From Candidatus Aminicenantes bacterium (GTDB taxonomy: Bacteria; Acidobacteriota; Aminicenantia; Aminicenantales; Saccharicenantaceae): a stretch of DNA of 64,000 bases. The notes beneath the pieces were generated by a model. That model was not told the origin of the DNA, made no database searches, and saw only the letters and a list, made by a program, of their open reading frames with translations. The stretch spans positions 195,765-259,764 of the forward strand of contig CAVSAI010000029.1 in assembly GCA_963725825.1 (NCBI GenBank), written 5' to 3'. The position numbers were made by a program, and so were the translations under genes. Of this stretch, positions 1-8,924 are shown piece by piece. Position 1 is the stretch's first letter. Each line of letters opens with the position of its first letter.

Positions 1-1464
1 CCGCTCGACCAGGGCTGGTGGCCCGACGGCCTCTACACGGCGCCGACCGACGCCGCCCTCCGCTCCGACATCGAGACGATCAAGGCCCTGGGCCTGAACA
101 TGCTCCGCAAGCACGTCAAGGTCGAGCCGGAACGGCTCTATTACTGGTGCGACAAGCTGGGTCTTCTCGTCTGGCAGGACATGCCGAGCGCCCTCTTCAA
201 GAGGGACGCCGTGGCGGCGGACGTCCTGGCCGCGAGGGACGCCCAGTTCGAAAAGGAGTGGAAGGCCGTCATCGACGCCCGCGGGAACCACCCCTCGATC
301 GTCATGTGGGTGCCCTTCAACGAGGGTTGGGGCCAGTACGACACCGAGCGGATCACGGCCTGGACGAAGGCCTACGAACCCACGCGGCTGGTCGACAATG
401 CGAGCGGCTGGACCGACAAGCGCGTCGGCGACGTCAGCGATATCCATGTCTATCCCGGGCCGGACATGCCGCCGGTCGAGGAAAAAAGGGCCGCCGTTCT
501 GGGCGAGTTCGGCGGTCTCGGGCTTCCGCTGACCGGTCACCTCTGGCAGGCCGAGGACAATTGGGGCTATCGCAATTTCGATGACACCGGGGTCTTCGAG
601 TCGCGCTACGAGGATCTGATCAAGACCCTTTATGCTCTGGTGGACAAAGGACTGGCGGCGGCCGTCTACACCCAGACCTCCGACTGCGAGGGCGAGGTCA
701 ACGGCCTCATGACCTATGACCGCGCGGTGATCAAGCTCGACCCGGCCAGGTTCTCGACGCTCAATCGCGGCTTCCTCCCGCCGAGCTTCGTCGCGGATCA
801 GACGCTTTTCGTCGGGCCCTCCTTCCTGGTCGAGCTGGCCGCGCTGCGTCCGGGGCCGACGATCCGCTATACCGTCGACGGTTCCGAACCGGGACCCGAG
901 GCAGCCCTCTACGACAAGCCCATCATCATCAGCGGCGAAACGACGGTCAAGGCCCGCGCCTTCTGGCCTGACGGAGTTTCCAGCCTGGTCGAGGGCCGGA
1001 CCTTCAAGCCGGCCGAGCCCGTGGCCGCGTCGGCGACCGCGCCCTCGTCCAGGGGCCTCGCCTACGAGTATTTCGAGGGCAAGTTCGAGAAGGTGCCCGA
1101 TTTCGCGGCGATGACGGCCGCCAGGGCGGGAACCGCAGCCCTGCCCGGCGCGGCGGCCGCCGGCGGCAAGGACGATTTCGCCCTGCGATTCCGCGGCTAC
1201 GTTCGCGCTCCGAGGACCGGAGTCTACGTTTTCTACCTCGGCTCGGACGACGGAAGCAGACTGTCGGTCGCGGGGAAACAGATCATCGACAACGATGGCA
1301 CCCATGGCATGGCGGAGGAAAAGGCCGAGATCGCCCTGGAGGCGGGCTGGCACCCGATCGAGATCGATTATTTCCAGGTGGACGGGGACAAGGGGCTGGA
1401 GCTTGCGTGGCGGGGGCCCGGATTTCCCAAAAGCCGCGTCCCGGCCTCGTCCTTGGGCCGATGA
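1..1464 (+). CDS. Glycoside hydrolase family 2-like enzyme with C-terminal PA14 domain (5' end outside window)
   Basis: Frame 1 is open from base 1. It shows a TIM-barrel region with FNEGWGQ and VYPGP motifs typical of GH2. The C-terminus (GYVRAPRTGVYVFYLGSDDGSRLSV...IEIDYFQVDG) looks like a PA14 domain. Confidence 0.8.
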   Translation, partial: PLDQGWWPDGLYTAPTDAALRSDIETIKALGLNMLRKHVKVEPERLYYWCDKLGLLVWQDMPSALFKRDAVAADVLAARDAQFEKEWKAVIDARGNHPSIVMWVPFNEGWGQYDTERITAWTKAYEPTRLVDNASGWTDKRVGDVSDIHVYPGPDMPPVEEKRAAVLGEFGGLGLPLTGHLWQAEDNWGYRNFDDTGVFESRYEDLIKTLYALVDKGLAAAVYTQTSDCEGEVNGLMTYDRAVIKLDPARFSTLNRGFLPPSFVADQTLFVGPSFLVELAALRPGPTIRYTVDGSEPGPEAALYDKPIIISGETTVKARAFWPDGVSSLVEGRTFKPAEPVAASATAPSSRGLAYEYFEGKFEKVPDFAAMTAARAGTAALPGAAAAGGKDDFALRFRGYVRAPRTGVYVFYLGSDDGSRLSVAGKQIIDNDGTHGMAEEKAEIALEAGWHPIEIDYFQVDGDKGLELAWRGPGFPKSRVPASSLGR

Positions 1465-1480
1465 CGGGCTGAGCCGCCTC

Positions 1481-3280
1481 TTACTTCTGGCGGCCGCCCT
1501 TCGAGGCCCAATCCGAGAAGGGTTGCCACTCGGAGATCATGGTGATGTTCTCCGCGCGGGCGGCCTCCAGGAACCAGGCCAGGAACTCCTCCCTTGTCCC
1601 GGCCCAGGGCCACGTCTTGCCGGCGCGCAAAGCGTCTTCCCTGAGAGCGTCCCAGCGCGTGAGGACCGTGTAGGCGACGGGCAGGCTGGCGCGCTTGACG
1701 CGTCGTCCGTATTCGGCCGATCGGCGGGCCTTCGCCCGCGCGGATTCGAGGGCCCTCCACGACCTGGCCAGCGTGTCGAAGGACAGGAACTTGGCGTCGG
1801 CGGGCGAGTAGCAGCCCAGGGCGTCGCCGGCTTTCGCCAGGGCCTGCTCGAGCCCCTCAAGGTACTCAGCCACGTCCCCCGCGGCCGGGCCGTAGTATCC
1901 GGACAGGAAGTCCCGGCGAAGCCGTCCCTCATCGAGGCTCGGATCCCAGAGAAGCTTGGCCAGCATCCAGGCCCTGAGCTCGGCCATCTCGGAGCCCCAG
2001 GATTGGTAGGCGCCCTGTTCGAAGATCCCGCGGACGTTCCGGCTCACGAAAAGGCGGATATTCGGGGCGAGGACGCTGTAGTTCGGGTGGGGCTGAACAT
2101 AATGCGAAAAGTCCGTCGTGTAGTCCCAGACGTAGAGCCGCCCGGCGATCTTGGACCAGCCGTCGAGGTCGTCGAAGAAGGCCTTGTTGCGGGGGCCGTC
2201 GAGGGGCCGGGCGAACGAGCACTCGATGCTGCACAGGCGGACGATGACGCTCGGCCTCGGCCGCGCGAGCAGGGGCGGCTTCCGTGTGTACTGGTAAGCC
2301 AGGGTGTCGATCGCAAGGTCGGGGAACTCGGGCTCGATGTCGGCCGCGACCGAGTTGACGAAGCGCAGGAGCGATCCGGACGGACCGCCTTCTTCAGCGT
2401 CGACGGCCCGGCACTTGGGGCAGGTGCAGTTGCCGAAGCAGTCGTTCTGGGAGACCGAGGCGATCGTGGCCTCCGGATTTCTTCGGAGACGCTCCTTCAG
2501 GTTCTTGACGAGCTCCAGGCGCATCTCTTCGTTGGTCAGGCAGAGCTGGGCGTCCTCGAACGTTCGCTTGCCGGCGATCTCGCTGAACCACTCCGGATGG
2601 GCGGCGAAGTATTGTGCCGGCGGGATGAGGGCATAGAACGTATGGACGAAGCCCTCGTAGACCTGGCGGCCGCCGCGAAGCGCGTCGCCGCCGGCCCGCG
2701 TCCCATTGGTCTTGTTGCGGGCGGCCCAGACCTCGTCGAAGGCGACATACCAGTAGGGCTCGCGGTATTCGAGCGGCGGCTTGTGACGAAGCGTGATGCT
2801 TCCGACCGAAAGCGAGGGCTTCCAGGGCATGCGGCTGGCCGTCCCGGTCCAGAAGCGGCAGCCGACGACGTCCTCGAGGAAGGTGTAAACGGCATAGAGC
2901 GTGCCGCGGGGACTGCCGCCGGCCAGGACGATGTCGGCGCCGACCGTGCGGACGACGATCTCCTCCGGGGCCGGGGCCGAAACGGCGAGATCCGACGCCG
3001 CCGACCGTGCCGCGGACAGGCCGACGAGCAGGCGTCCGCCGGCCGGGCCGAGGTCCTCGACGACCGGGAACGTCGCCCCGGTGACGATGTGGAGGAATAG
3101 GGCCAGCTCCTGGGCCGCGAAACGCTCGGTTTCCGGCGCGCCGGGCGCGACGACGATCCGCGCCGCGGCATGGCCGCGGACGGCGATCTTCACGCCTGCC
3201 CACGCGGGACCGGAGGCGATCGAGGCCAGGGCCAATGCGGTCAACGATATCCGAAGAAAGAACCTGGGTTTGGGATTCAT
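1481..3280 (-). CDS. DUF4838-family putative glycoside hydrolase, secreted
   Basis: 599 aa with a signal peptide (LTALALASIASGPAWA). The SVSQNDCFGNCTCPKC motif and overall layout resemble DUF4838 proteins. It lies convergent with the GH2 gene. Confidence 0.6.
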   Translation of the reverse strand: MNPKPRFFLRISLTALALASIASGPAWAGVKIAVRGHAAARIVVAPGAPETERFAAQELALFLHIVTGATFPVVEDLGPAGGRLLVGLSAARSAASDLAVSAPAPEEIVVRTVGADIVLAGGSPRGTLYAVYTFLEDVVGCRFWTGTASRMPWKPSLSVGSITLRHKPPLEYREPYWYVAFDEVWAARNKTNGTRAGGDALRGGRQVYEGFVHTFYALIPPAQYFAAHPEWFSEIAGKRTFEDAQLCLTNEEMRLELVKNLKERLRRNPEATIASVSQNDCFGNCTCPKCRAVDAEEGGPSGSLLRFVNSVAADIEPEFPDLAIDTLAYQYTRKPPLLARPRPSVIVRLCSIECSFARPLDGPRNKAFFDDLDGWSKIAGRLYVWDYTTDFSHYVQPHPNYSVLAPNIRLFVSRNVRGIFEQGAYQSWGSEMAELRAWMLAKLLWDPSLDEGRLRRDFLSGYYGPAAGDVAEYLEGLEQALAKAGDALGCYSPADAKFLSFDTLARSWRALESARAKARRSAEYGRRVKRASLPVAYTVLTRWDALREDALRAGKTWPWAGTREEFLAWFLEAARAENITMISEWQPFSDWASKGGRQK

Positions 3281-3386
3281 GGGCGCATTTTAGCACACCA
3301 GCCCTTTTCGCCGTAGGGCTCGAACCGGTGGGACGGCCGGGCTATAATAGCGGTTGCCGCGGCCCGGGCCCGCGGCGAGGAGGACC

Positions 3387-3686
3387 ATGAGCAGCGGAGC
3401 CTACGTCATCATCAAGCAGAACGAGTACATGAGGAAGTTCCGGCAGGCCGGAGCGACCGACGCGGCCAGGGCCAAACCGCTCGCCGTGCTCGGCATCAAG
3501 CCGGGTCGGATCTTTCAGAAGATGCAGGACAAGGACATCTTTCGGCCCGGCCGGGAGCCCGAAACGTTCTATATGGACGCGGGCTCCGCGGAGGACTTCA
3601 TCGAGGCCAGGCGCCGCCGGACTTTTTTCACGTTGCTGCTGATCATCATCGTCGCGGCCATCATGTTCTTCCTCGGCCGCCGCTAG
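3387..3686 (+). CDS. Small tail-anchored membrane protein, unknown function
   Basis: ATG at 3387 is preceded by GAGGAGGA. The 99-aa product ends in a hydrophobic helix (FFTLLLIIIVAAIMFFL). The TTG start at 3354 in the ORF track is less likely. Confidence 0.45.
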   Translation: MSSGAYVIIKQNEYMRKFRQAGATDAARAKPLAVLGIKPGRIFQKMQDKDIFRPGREPETFYMDAGSAEDFIEARRRRTFFTLLLIIIVAAIMFFLGRR

Positions 3687-3697
3687 CCGGCTATTCA

Positions 3698-3715
3698 AGA
3701 AAACACCGGTTTTCT
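3698..3715. terminator. Stem-loop between convergent genes (agaaaac-accg-gttttct)
   Basis: Perfect 7-bp stem with a 4-nt loop in the AT-richer 81-bp gap between CDS 3387..3686 (+) and 3768..5387 (-). It is symmetric, so it could act in both directions. Confidence 0.4.
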
Positions 3716-3767
3716 CAGCAAGACCCAAAGACCAAGACCGGCGTTTTTACCAATAATCCAGGCTAGC

Positions 3768-5387
3768 TCAGTAACCCAGCTTGAGCGCCGCGGGCTTGGC
3801 GCCGTCCGCAAAGGAGTAGGGGAGGCGGGCCTTGCGGAAATCGTTCCTCTCGAGAAGGATGTCCTTCGTTCCCTCGCCGGTGAGAAGCAAGAATGTGCCC
3901 GTCCCCTCGGCCGCGCGACAGTTGCGGATCACTCCGTAATCGACCTGGTTGAGCAGCATGGCCGGGGCCTTGCCGGAGCCGGGCGCCTGCGCGGCCACGA
4001 TCCCGTCCAGGGTGGCGCCCTGGACTTCGTCGAGTGCCAGGGCGCTCTGCCATTTTTCCGAGGGCGGCCCTTCCCAGACGATCTCGAAGTCCTTGAGGCT
4101 AAGGTTGCGGGCCTGCTTGAAGACGAGGCCATGGACCGCCTTGTCATAGGCGGCGTCGGGGTCGTGGGCGATCGTGAGCTTGACGTTCTCGAACGAAACG
4201 CCGTCGAGCCAGGAATCGGGATGGCCGTTGCAGACGCTCGAGCCGTAGCCCCGGGCGATGACGTTCTGGATCTTGACGTTGCGGATGGCGCCCGCCGGCC
4301 GGTCCTTTTCGGGAGGCCAGTTGGCGTGGACCTCGCTCCTCTTCTTGATGTTGAAATGGAAGGGCTCGCCGTCCCCCCACCAGAACCACTCGTAGCGAAC
4401 GGTCTCGATCGTCAGGTTCGACAGGACGATGTTCTCGACGGCCCCACCGTCGAAGGTCATGAAGGCGATGCCGCGGTTCGAGTTGGTGATGACGCAGTTG
4501 TCGATGGTGACGTTGCGGATCCCGGCGATGTTGCCGTCGCAGAACTTGATGGCGCTCGAGGCCGAGCTCAAGCGGCAATTGGTCACGGTGATGTTCTCGC
4601 AGGGTTTGGCCGGGCCGAACCAGTCCATGGAATAGAAGACCAGGGCGTCGTCGCCCGTCTCGATGGTGCAATTGGAGATGCGGACGTCCTTGCAGCCGTC
4701 GGGATCGATGCCGTCGGCCCAGACGCCGTCCTCGAGGCTCGTCCGGATGTCGATGCCATCGATGACCAGGCGCTCGCACTGGACCGGGTGCATGGTCCAG
4801 GACGGGGAATCCACGAATGAGACGCCGGCGATGCGGACGTCGGTGCAGCGGACGAGGAGGACCATCTTGCCGTATTGGTCCGGCTTGGGAAAGGAGCGCA
4901 TGAGCGGCAGGCCCAGCTTCTCCATCTCGATCTGGTTCGGACGGATGAAGTCGTCCTCGTGGTCGCCCTTGAGGCGCCGGTCGTAGGCGCCCCCGCCGTC
5001 GAAGACGCCCCGGCCCTCGATCGTCACGTTGGTGAGGTCCTCGCCGTAGAGGAGCGCTTCCTTGTCGAAACGGGACTTGTCGTGGATGGCATAGACGGTG
5101 GCCCCGGCCTCGACGTAGAGCCGGACGTGGCTGCGGAGGTGGATCGTGCCGCTCGTGTACCGGCCGGGAGGGATGAAGACGGTGCCGCCCCCGCTCTCGG
5201 CGCAGGCGTCGATGGCCCTCTGGATGGCTTCCTGGGCCAGGTCCTCTTTGATCCCGGTCGCCCCGAAATCCTTGACGTTGAAGACAAGGCGCGCGGGGAG
5301 GGGCCCCTCGGGTTCCTGCGTCCTGCAGGACGGCGCTAGGACCATGGCCCCCGCGACGATGACGGCCACGACGGAGATTCTCGACAT
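3768..5387 (-). CDS. Glycoside hydrolase family 28 (polygalacturonase/rhamnogalacturonase-like), secreted
   Basis: N-terminal FNVKDFGATG...GGGTVFIPPGRYTSGTIHL. GH28-type motifs DGIDPDG, ETGDDALVF and SSAIKF in a parallel beta-helix repeat pattern. Signal peptide and GGGAGGA RBS present. Confidence 0.8.
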   Translation of the reverse strand: MSRISVVAVIVAGAMVLAPSCRTQEPEGPLPARLVFNVKDFGATGIKEDLAQEAIQRAIDACAESGGGTVFIPPGRYTSGTIHLRSHVRLYVEAGATVYAIHDKSRFDKEALLYGEDLTNVTIEGRGVFDGGGAYDRRLKGDHEDDFIRPNQIEMEKLGLPLMRSFPKPDQYGKMVLLVRCTDVRIAGVSFVDSPSWTMHPVQCERLVIDGIDIRTSLEDGVWADGIDPDGCKDVRISNCTIETGDDALVFYSMDWFGPAKPCENITVTNCRLSSASSAIKFCDGNIAGIRNVTIDNCVITNSNRGIAFMTFDGGAVENIVLSNLTIETVRYEWFWWGDGEPFHFNIKKRSEVHANWPPEKDRPAGAIRNVKIQNVIARGYGSSVCNGHPDSWLDGVSFENVKLTIAHDPDAAYDKAVHGLVFKQARNLSLKDFEIVWEGPPSEKWQSALALDEVQGATLDGIVAAQAPGSGKAPAMLLNQVDYGVIRNCRAAEGTGTFLLLTGEGTKDILLERNDFRKARLPYSFADGAKPAALKLGY

Positions 5388-5406
5388 CGCGTCCTCCCTG
5401 GACGGG

Positions 5407-5435
5407 ACATTACCACGACCTCAGCCCGTTGGCAA
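5407..5435 (-). promoter_or_regulatory. Sigma-70-type promoter for the GH28 gene (TTGCCA-N17-TAATGT with TGn)
   Basis: Read on the minus strand, the -35 is at 5435..5430 and the -10 at 5412..5407. The start codon at 5387 has RBS GGGAGGA. Confidence 0.45.
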
Positions 5436-5459
5436 CGGCCAAGTCCGCTTTCATCGCGG

Positions 5460-5488
5460 TTGCCTGATCCTTGCCCTTGGGTTAGAAT
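5460..5488 (+). promoter_or_regulatory. Sigma-70-type promoter for the GH105/URO-D genes (TTGCCT-N17-TAGAAT)
   Basis: The -35 is at 5460..5465 and the -10 at 5483..5488, about 50 nt upstream of ATG 5541. Confidence 0.5.
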
Positions 5489-5540
5489 CCCTTTCCGACC
5501 GGCGACGAGGCCGCGCACGGGATCGGACTGGAGGAGAATC

Positions 5541-6605
5541 ATGCGCAGACGACAAGCCTTGAAAGATCTTTTGGCCGGAGGAGCCGCCTCAGGCGCTCTC
5601 GCCGCATTGGGAGCCAAGCCCGCCGCCGGGTCGGGACGACAGCCGGCCACAGGCCGTGATGTCCTTGTGGAGAAAGTCAAATATTCGATACTGGCCATGC
5701 AGCGGGAGGCCTGGGAGCAGGGGGTGGCCATGCAGGCTCTTCTTGAATGGGGCGACCGCGACATGGTCGTCCGCATGGCCCAGGGAGCGATGCTGCGCGT
5801 CTATCCGGACGGACGCCTGGGGATGGTCTCCGACAATCACGGCGTCACCGACCCCGCGGCCAACGGCGAGGGGGTTCTCTTCGCGGCCAAAGAAACCGGC
5901 GACCCCCTTTTCGAGCAGGGCGTCAAGGGCATGCTCGATTATTTGTTAAAGACGGCTCCGCGGACGGCCGATGGAACGCTCTTTCACATCGATCATAAGC
6001 CCCAGGTCTGGATCGATTCGATGTACATGGCCCCGCCCTTCCTGGCCGTGGCCGGCGCCCCCGCAGAGGCGGTGAAGCAGGTCGAGGGTATTCGGCGCAT
6101 CCTTTGGAACAAGAAGGCCGGGCTTTTTTCCCATATCTGGGACGACGGGAAAAAGGCTTTCGAGCGGCAGGCCTTCTGGGGCGTCGGCAACGGCTGGGCC
6201 GCGGCCGGCATGACCCGGGTCATCAAGGCTCTGCCGACGGGCCTGACGGGCGAGAGGAAGCGACTCGTGGGCTACGTCCGCGAGGTCCTCGATGGTTGTC
6301 TCCGACACCGGCGCCCCGACGGTCTTTTTCACGACGTCGTCGACGACCCGAAGTCGTTCGTCGAGACGAACCTGTCCCAGATGCTGTCCTATACGGTCTT
6401 CCGGGGCGTCAAGTCCGGCTGGCTGCCGAAGTCCTACCTCAAAGACGCGGAGATCATGCGCCGCGCGGCCTCGAGCAAGGTCGACGCACTCGGCTATGTG
6501 CGCGACGTCTGCGGCTCGCCGACATTCGAGAAGCCCGGCATCGCCACCGAGGGCCAAGCCTTTTTCATCCTCATGGAGGCGGCGGCGCGGGACCTCGGAG
6601 CCTAA
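5541..6605 (+). CDS. GH105/GH88-family unsaturated (rhamno)galacturonyl/glucuronyl hydrolase with Tat-type signal
   Basis: MRRRQALKDLLAGGAA twin-arginine leader after RBS GGAGGAG. WIDSMYMAPPFLA and WGVGNGWAAAG motifs are typical of YteR/GH105-GH88 (alpha/alpha)6 hydrolases. Confidence 0.75.
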   Translation: MRRRQALKDLLAGGAASGALAALGAKPAAGSGRQPATGRDVLVEKVKYSILAMQREAWEQGVAMQALLEWGDRDMVVRMAQGAMLRVYPDGRLGMVSDNHGVTDPAANGEGVLFAAKETGDPLFEQGVKGMLDYLLKTAPRTADGTLFHIDHKPQVWIDSMYMAPPFLAVAGAPAEAVKQVEGIRRILWNKKAGLFSHIWDDGKKAFERQAFWGVGNGWAAAGMTRVIKALPTGLTGERKRLVGYVREVLDGCLRHRRPDGLFHDVVDDPKSFVETNLSQMLSYTVFRGVKSGWLPKSYLKDAEIMRRAASSKVDALGYVRDVCGSPTFEKPGIATEGQAFFILMEAAARDLGA

Positions 6606-6609
6606 CCCG

Positions 6610-7704
6610 ATGGGGGAGGCGTTCCGGCATCTTCCGTTGGACAAAGCCCGTCCGGACGCGTCGCGTTTCATCGACGTCGTCATGGGCCGGGCGCGGAGCG
6701 AGCGTCCCCCGCTCGTCGAGTACCTGATCGACGAGGCCGTGCGCAAGCCGATCACGACCGGGCTCTTGGGCCGGGCCTGGGTCGACCCGGCCCCCGGGGA
6801 TCGGGCCGCCCTGGCGGCCTACTTCGATAACTTCATCGCCTTTTGGCATGCTCTTGGCTACGATTTCGTGCGCTTCGAGCAGTCGCTGCCGTTTGTCGAG
6901 AACGAAGTGGTCGGGGCCGACGCCAGTCAAATGGACGGGAGGCGCCACTGGCGCGATATGCGGCGCGGGGCCATCGCCACGTGGGAGGATTTCGAGCGTT
7001 ATCCCTGGCCCTCGGTCACTCCGGAGAGCCTGGCCGATTATGAATACCTGGCGACGCACCTGCCCGAAGGGATGGGTCTTGTCGCCTGCCACGCCGGTGG
7101 GATCTACGAGCACCTGGCCGCGATCTTCTCTTACGAGGGCTTGTGTTTCGCCCTACATGACCGGCCGGACCTCGTCGCCGCCGTGGCCGTGCGCCTGGGC
7201 GAGATCATGCTGGAGTTCTACGGCCGGCTGGTCGAGCTTCCCGGGCTCATCGCGATCTTTCCGGGCGACGACATGGGGTTCCGGTCGGCCACACTCATCC
7301 CGCCCGATGCCTTGCGCTGTTATACCTTGCCATGGCACGCCCGGTTTGCACGCTTGGCCCATGACCATGGGCTGCCCTATTTCCTGCACTCCTGCGGCAA
7401 CCTGACGGCCATCATGGACGACCTCATCGACGATGTCGGGATCGACGCCAAGCACTCGTTCGAGAACGCGATCATGCCGGTCATGGAATTCCAGTCCGCC
7501 TATGGCCGGCGCATCGGGGTGCTCGGAGGGGTGGACATCGACGTGCTCGGCCGCTCTTCGCCGGACGGTGTGCGGGCCGACGTGCGCCGGACGATCGACG
7601 TTTGCCATCCCCGGGGACGCTTTGCCATCGGGTCCGGGAACTCGATTCCCAGCTACATCCCGGTCGAGAATTATCTGGCCATGATCGATGAGGCGCAGCG
7701 TTGA
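6610..7704 (+). CDS. Uroporphyrinogen decarboxylase (URO-D) family protein, function unknown
   Basis: ATG lies 4 nt after the GH105 stop. URO-D/MtaA-like motifs are present (IFPGDDMGF, YFLHSCGN, GSGNSIP). No corrinoid-protein partner is nearby. Confidence 0.7.
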   Translation: MGEAFRHLPLDKARPDASRFIDVVMGRARSERPPLVEYLIDEAVRKPITTGLLGRAWVDPAPGDRAALAAYFDNFIAFWHALGYDFVRFEQSLPFVENEVVGADASQMDGRRHWRDMRRGAIATWEDFERYPWPSVTPESLADYEYLATHLPEGMGLVACHAGGIYEHLAAIFSYEGLCFALHDRPDLVAAVAVRLGEIMLEFYGRLVELPGLIAIFPGDDMGFRSATLIPPDALRCYTLPWHARFARLAHDHGLPYFLHSCGNLTAIMDDLIDDVGIDAKHSFENAIMPVMEFQSAYGRRIGVLGGVDIDVLGRSSPDGVRADVRRTIDVCHPRGRFAIGSGNSIPSYIPVENYLAMIDEAQR

Positions 7705-7728
7705 GCCGGCCCTCCATGGCTTTCAGGC

Positions 7729-8817
7729 TTACTGCTTCTTTGTGAGATCGGCGCAGCGGATGCCGCGGGGGTTGAAGCACTTGTTGCAGGAGATGCATTC
7801 CGATCCGGCGGCCAGGCCTTCGCGGAAGTGCTTGACCAGGAAAGGATCGCGGATAAGGGGGCGGCTCAGGGAGACGAGATCGGCCCGGCCTTCCTCGACG
7901 ATCTTTTCGGCCACGGCGAGGGTGCGAATGCCGCCGAGGCCGAAGACGGGCACGCCGACGGCCTGCTTGATCCGGGCGGCGTTGTCCACGAAGTAGCCCT
8001 CGTCCGCCTCGCTCCTGAGCCCCGGCCAGACCGAGCCGCGGCCGGCCTCGGCCATGCCGCCGCTCACCTCGATCGCGTCGATGCCGCCGGCCTCGAGCAG
8101 GCGGGCGACGCGGATCGCGTCGTCGACGGTCAGGCCGCCTTCCAGGAAGTCGGTCGAATTCAGCTTGACGAGGGCGGGGAAACCGCCGCCGCACGTTTCC
8201 TTGACGCCCCGGAGGACTTCAAGGAGGACGCGGGCCCGGTTCTCGACCGGCCCTCCCCACTCGTCCGTCCGGCGGTTGGTGTGGGGGGAGAGGAAGCTCG
8301 AGATGAGATAGCCGTGAGCGGCGTGGATCTGGACGCCGTCGAATCCCGCCCGCTTGGCCCGGCCGGCCGCCGCGACGAAATCGCCGACCAGGGCCCGGAT
8401 CTCTTCGCCTGTGAGCTCGCGCGGCATGATCTTGGACACTGGGTCATAGACGGCGGAAGGGGAGACCGGGACGCAGCCGCAGAGCCTTTCCTTGGTCTGG
8501 CGGCCGGCGTGGGCGATCTGGAGGACGATGCGGCTGGGATACCCGCGGACCGCCTCGGGGATGCGGGCCAGGCCTTCGACAAATCGGTCGTCATAGACCG
8601 CGGTCTGGCGAGGGCTGGCTTTCCCCGACGGCTGGACGAAAGCGTGGCCGGTGACGATCAGGCCGACTTCGCCTTCGGCCAAGCGGCGATAGAGCTCGAC
8701 CTGCCTCGCCGAGACGTTCCCTTCGTCGTCGGCCATGTATTCGTGCGTGGCCGAGCGGACAAAGCGGTTGGGGACGGTCATGGAGCCGATCTTGACGGGC
8801 GTGAACAGGATGCTCAT
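7729..8817 (-). CDS. Old-yellow-enzyme family NADH:flavin oxidoreductase with C-terminal Cys cluster
   Basis: PNRFVRSATHEY, HAAHGYLISSFLSPHTNRRTDEWGG and GGIR motifs. The C-terminal CISCNKC...C resembles the 4Fe-4S motif of FadH-type enzymes. The downstream FAD/NADPH domains of FadH are absent. Confidence 0.8.
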   Translation of the reverse strand: MSILFTPVKIGSMTVPNRFVRSATHEYMADDEGNVSARQVELYRRLAEGEVGLIVTGHAFVQPSGKASPRQTAVYDDRFVEGLARIPEAVRGYPSRIVLQIAHAGRQTKERLCGCVPVSPSAVYDPVSKIMPRELTGEEIRALVGDFVAAAGRAKRAGFDGVQIHAAHGYLISSFLSPHTNRRTDEWGGPVENRARVLLEVLRGVKETCGGGFPALVKLNSTDFLEGGLTVDDAIRVARLLEAGGIDAIEVSGGMAEAGRGSVWPGLRSEADEGYFVDNAARIKQAVGVPVFGLGGIRTLAVAEKIVEEGRADLVSLSRPLIRDPFLVKHFREGLAAGSECISCNKCFNPRGIRCADLTKKQ

Positions 8818-8823
8818 GGGCCC

Positions 8824-8832
8824 ATTCTAGCC
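8824..8832 (-). promoter_or_regulatory. -10 box GGCTAGAAT placed 6 nt from the ATG of the OYE gene (leaderless candidate)
   Basis: The minus strand reads ggcTAGAATgggcccATG. No Shine-Dalgarno sequence is possible in a 6-nt gap. Confidence 0.45.
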
Positions 8833-8924
8833 GAATCCGACGACGGAGAATACCCCAACTTGCGCCCCGCCAGCCTTTGGTCTATTGTGTCTGCTGAACG
8901 AACGCCGGGGAGAGGAGGACGATC

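Noticed and set aside
1295-3100. 601-aa plus-strand ORF overlapping the DUF4838 gene.
   Set aside because: The minus-strand frame has a signal peptide, RBS context and family-like motifs. The plus-strand translation is low-complexity and Arg/Gly/Pro-rich.
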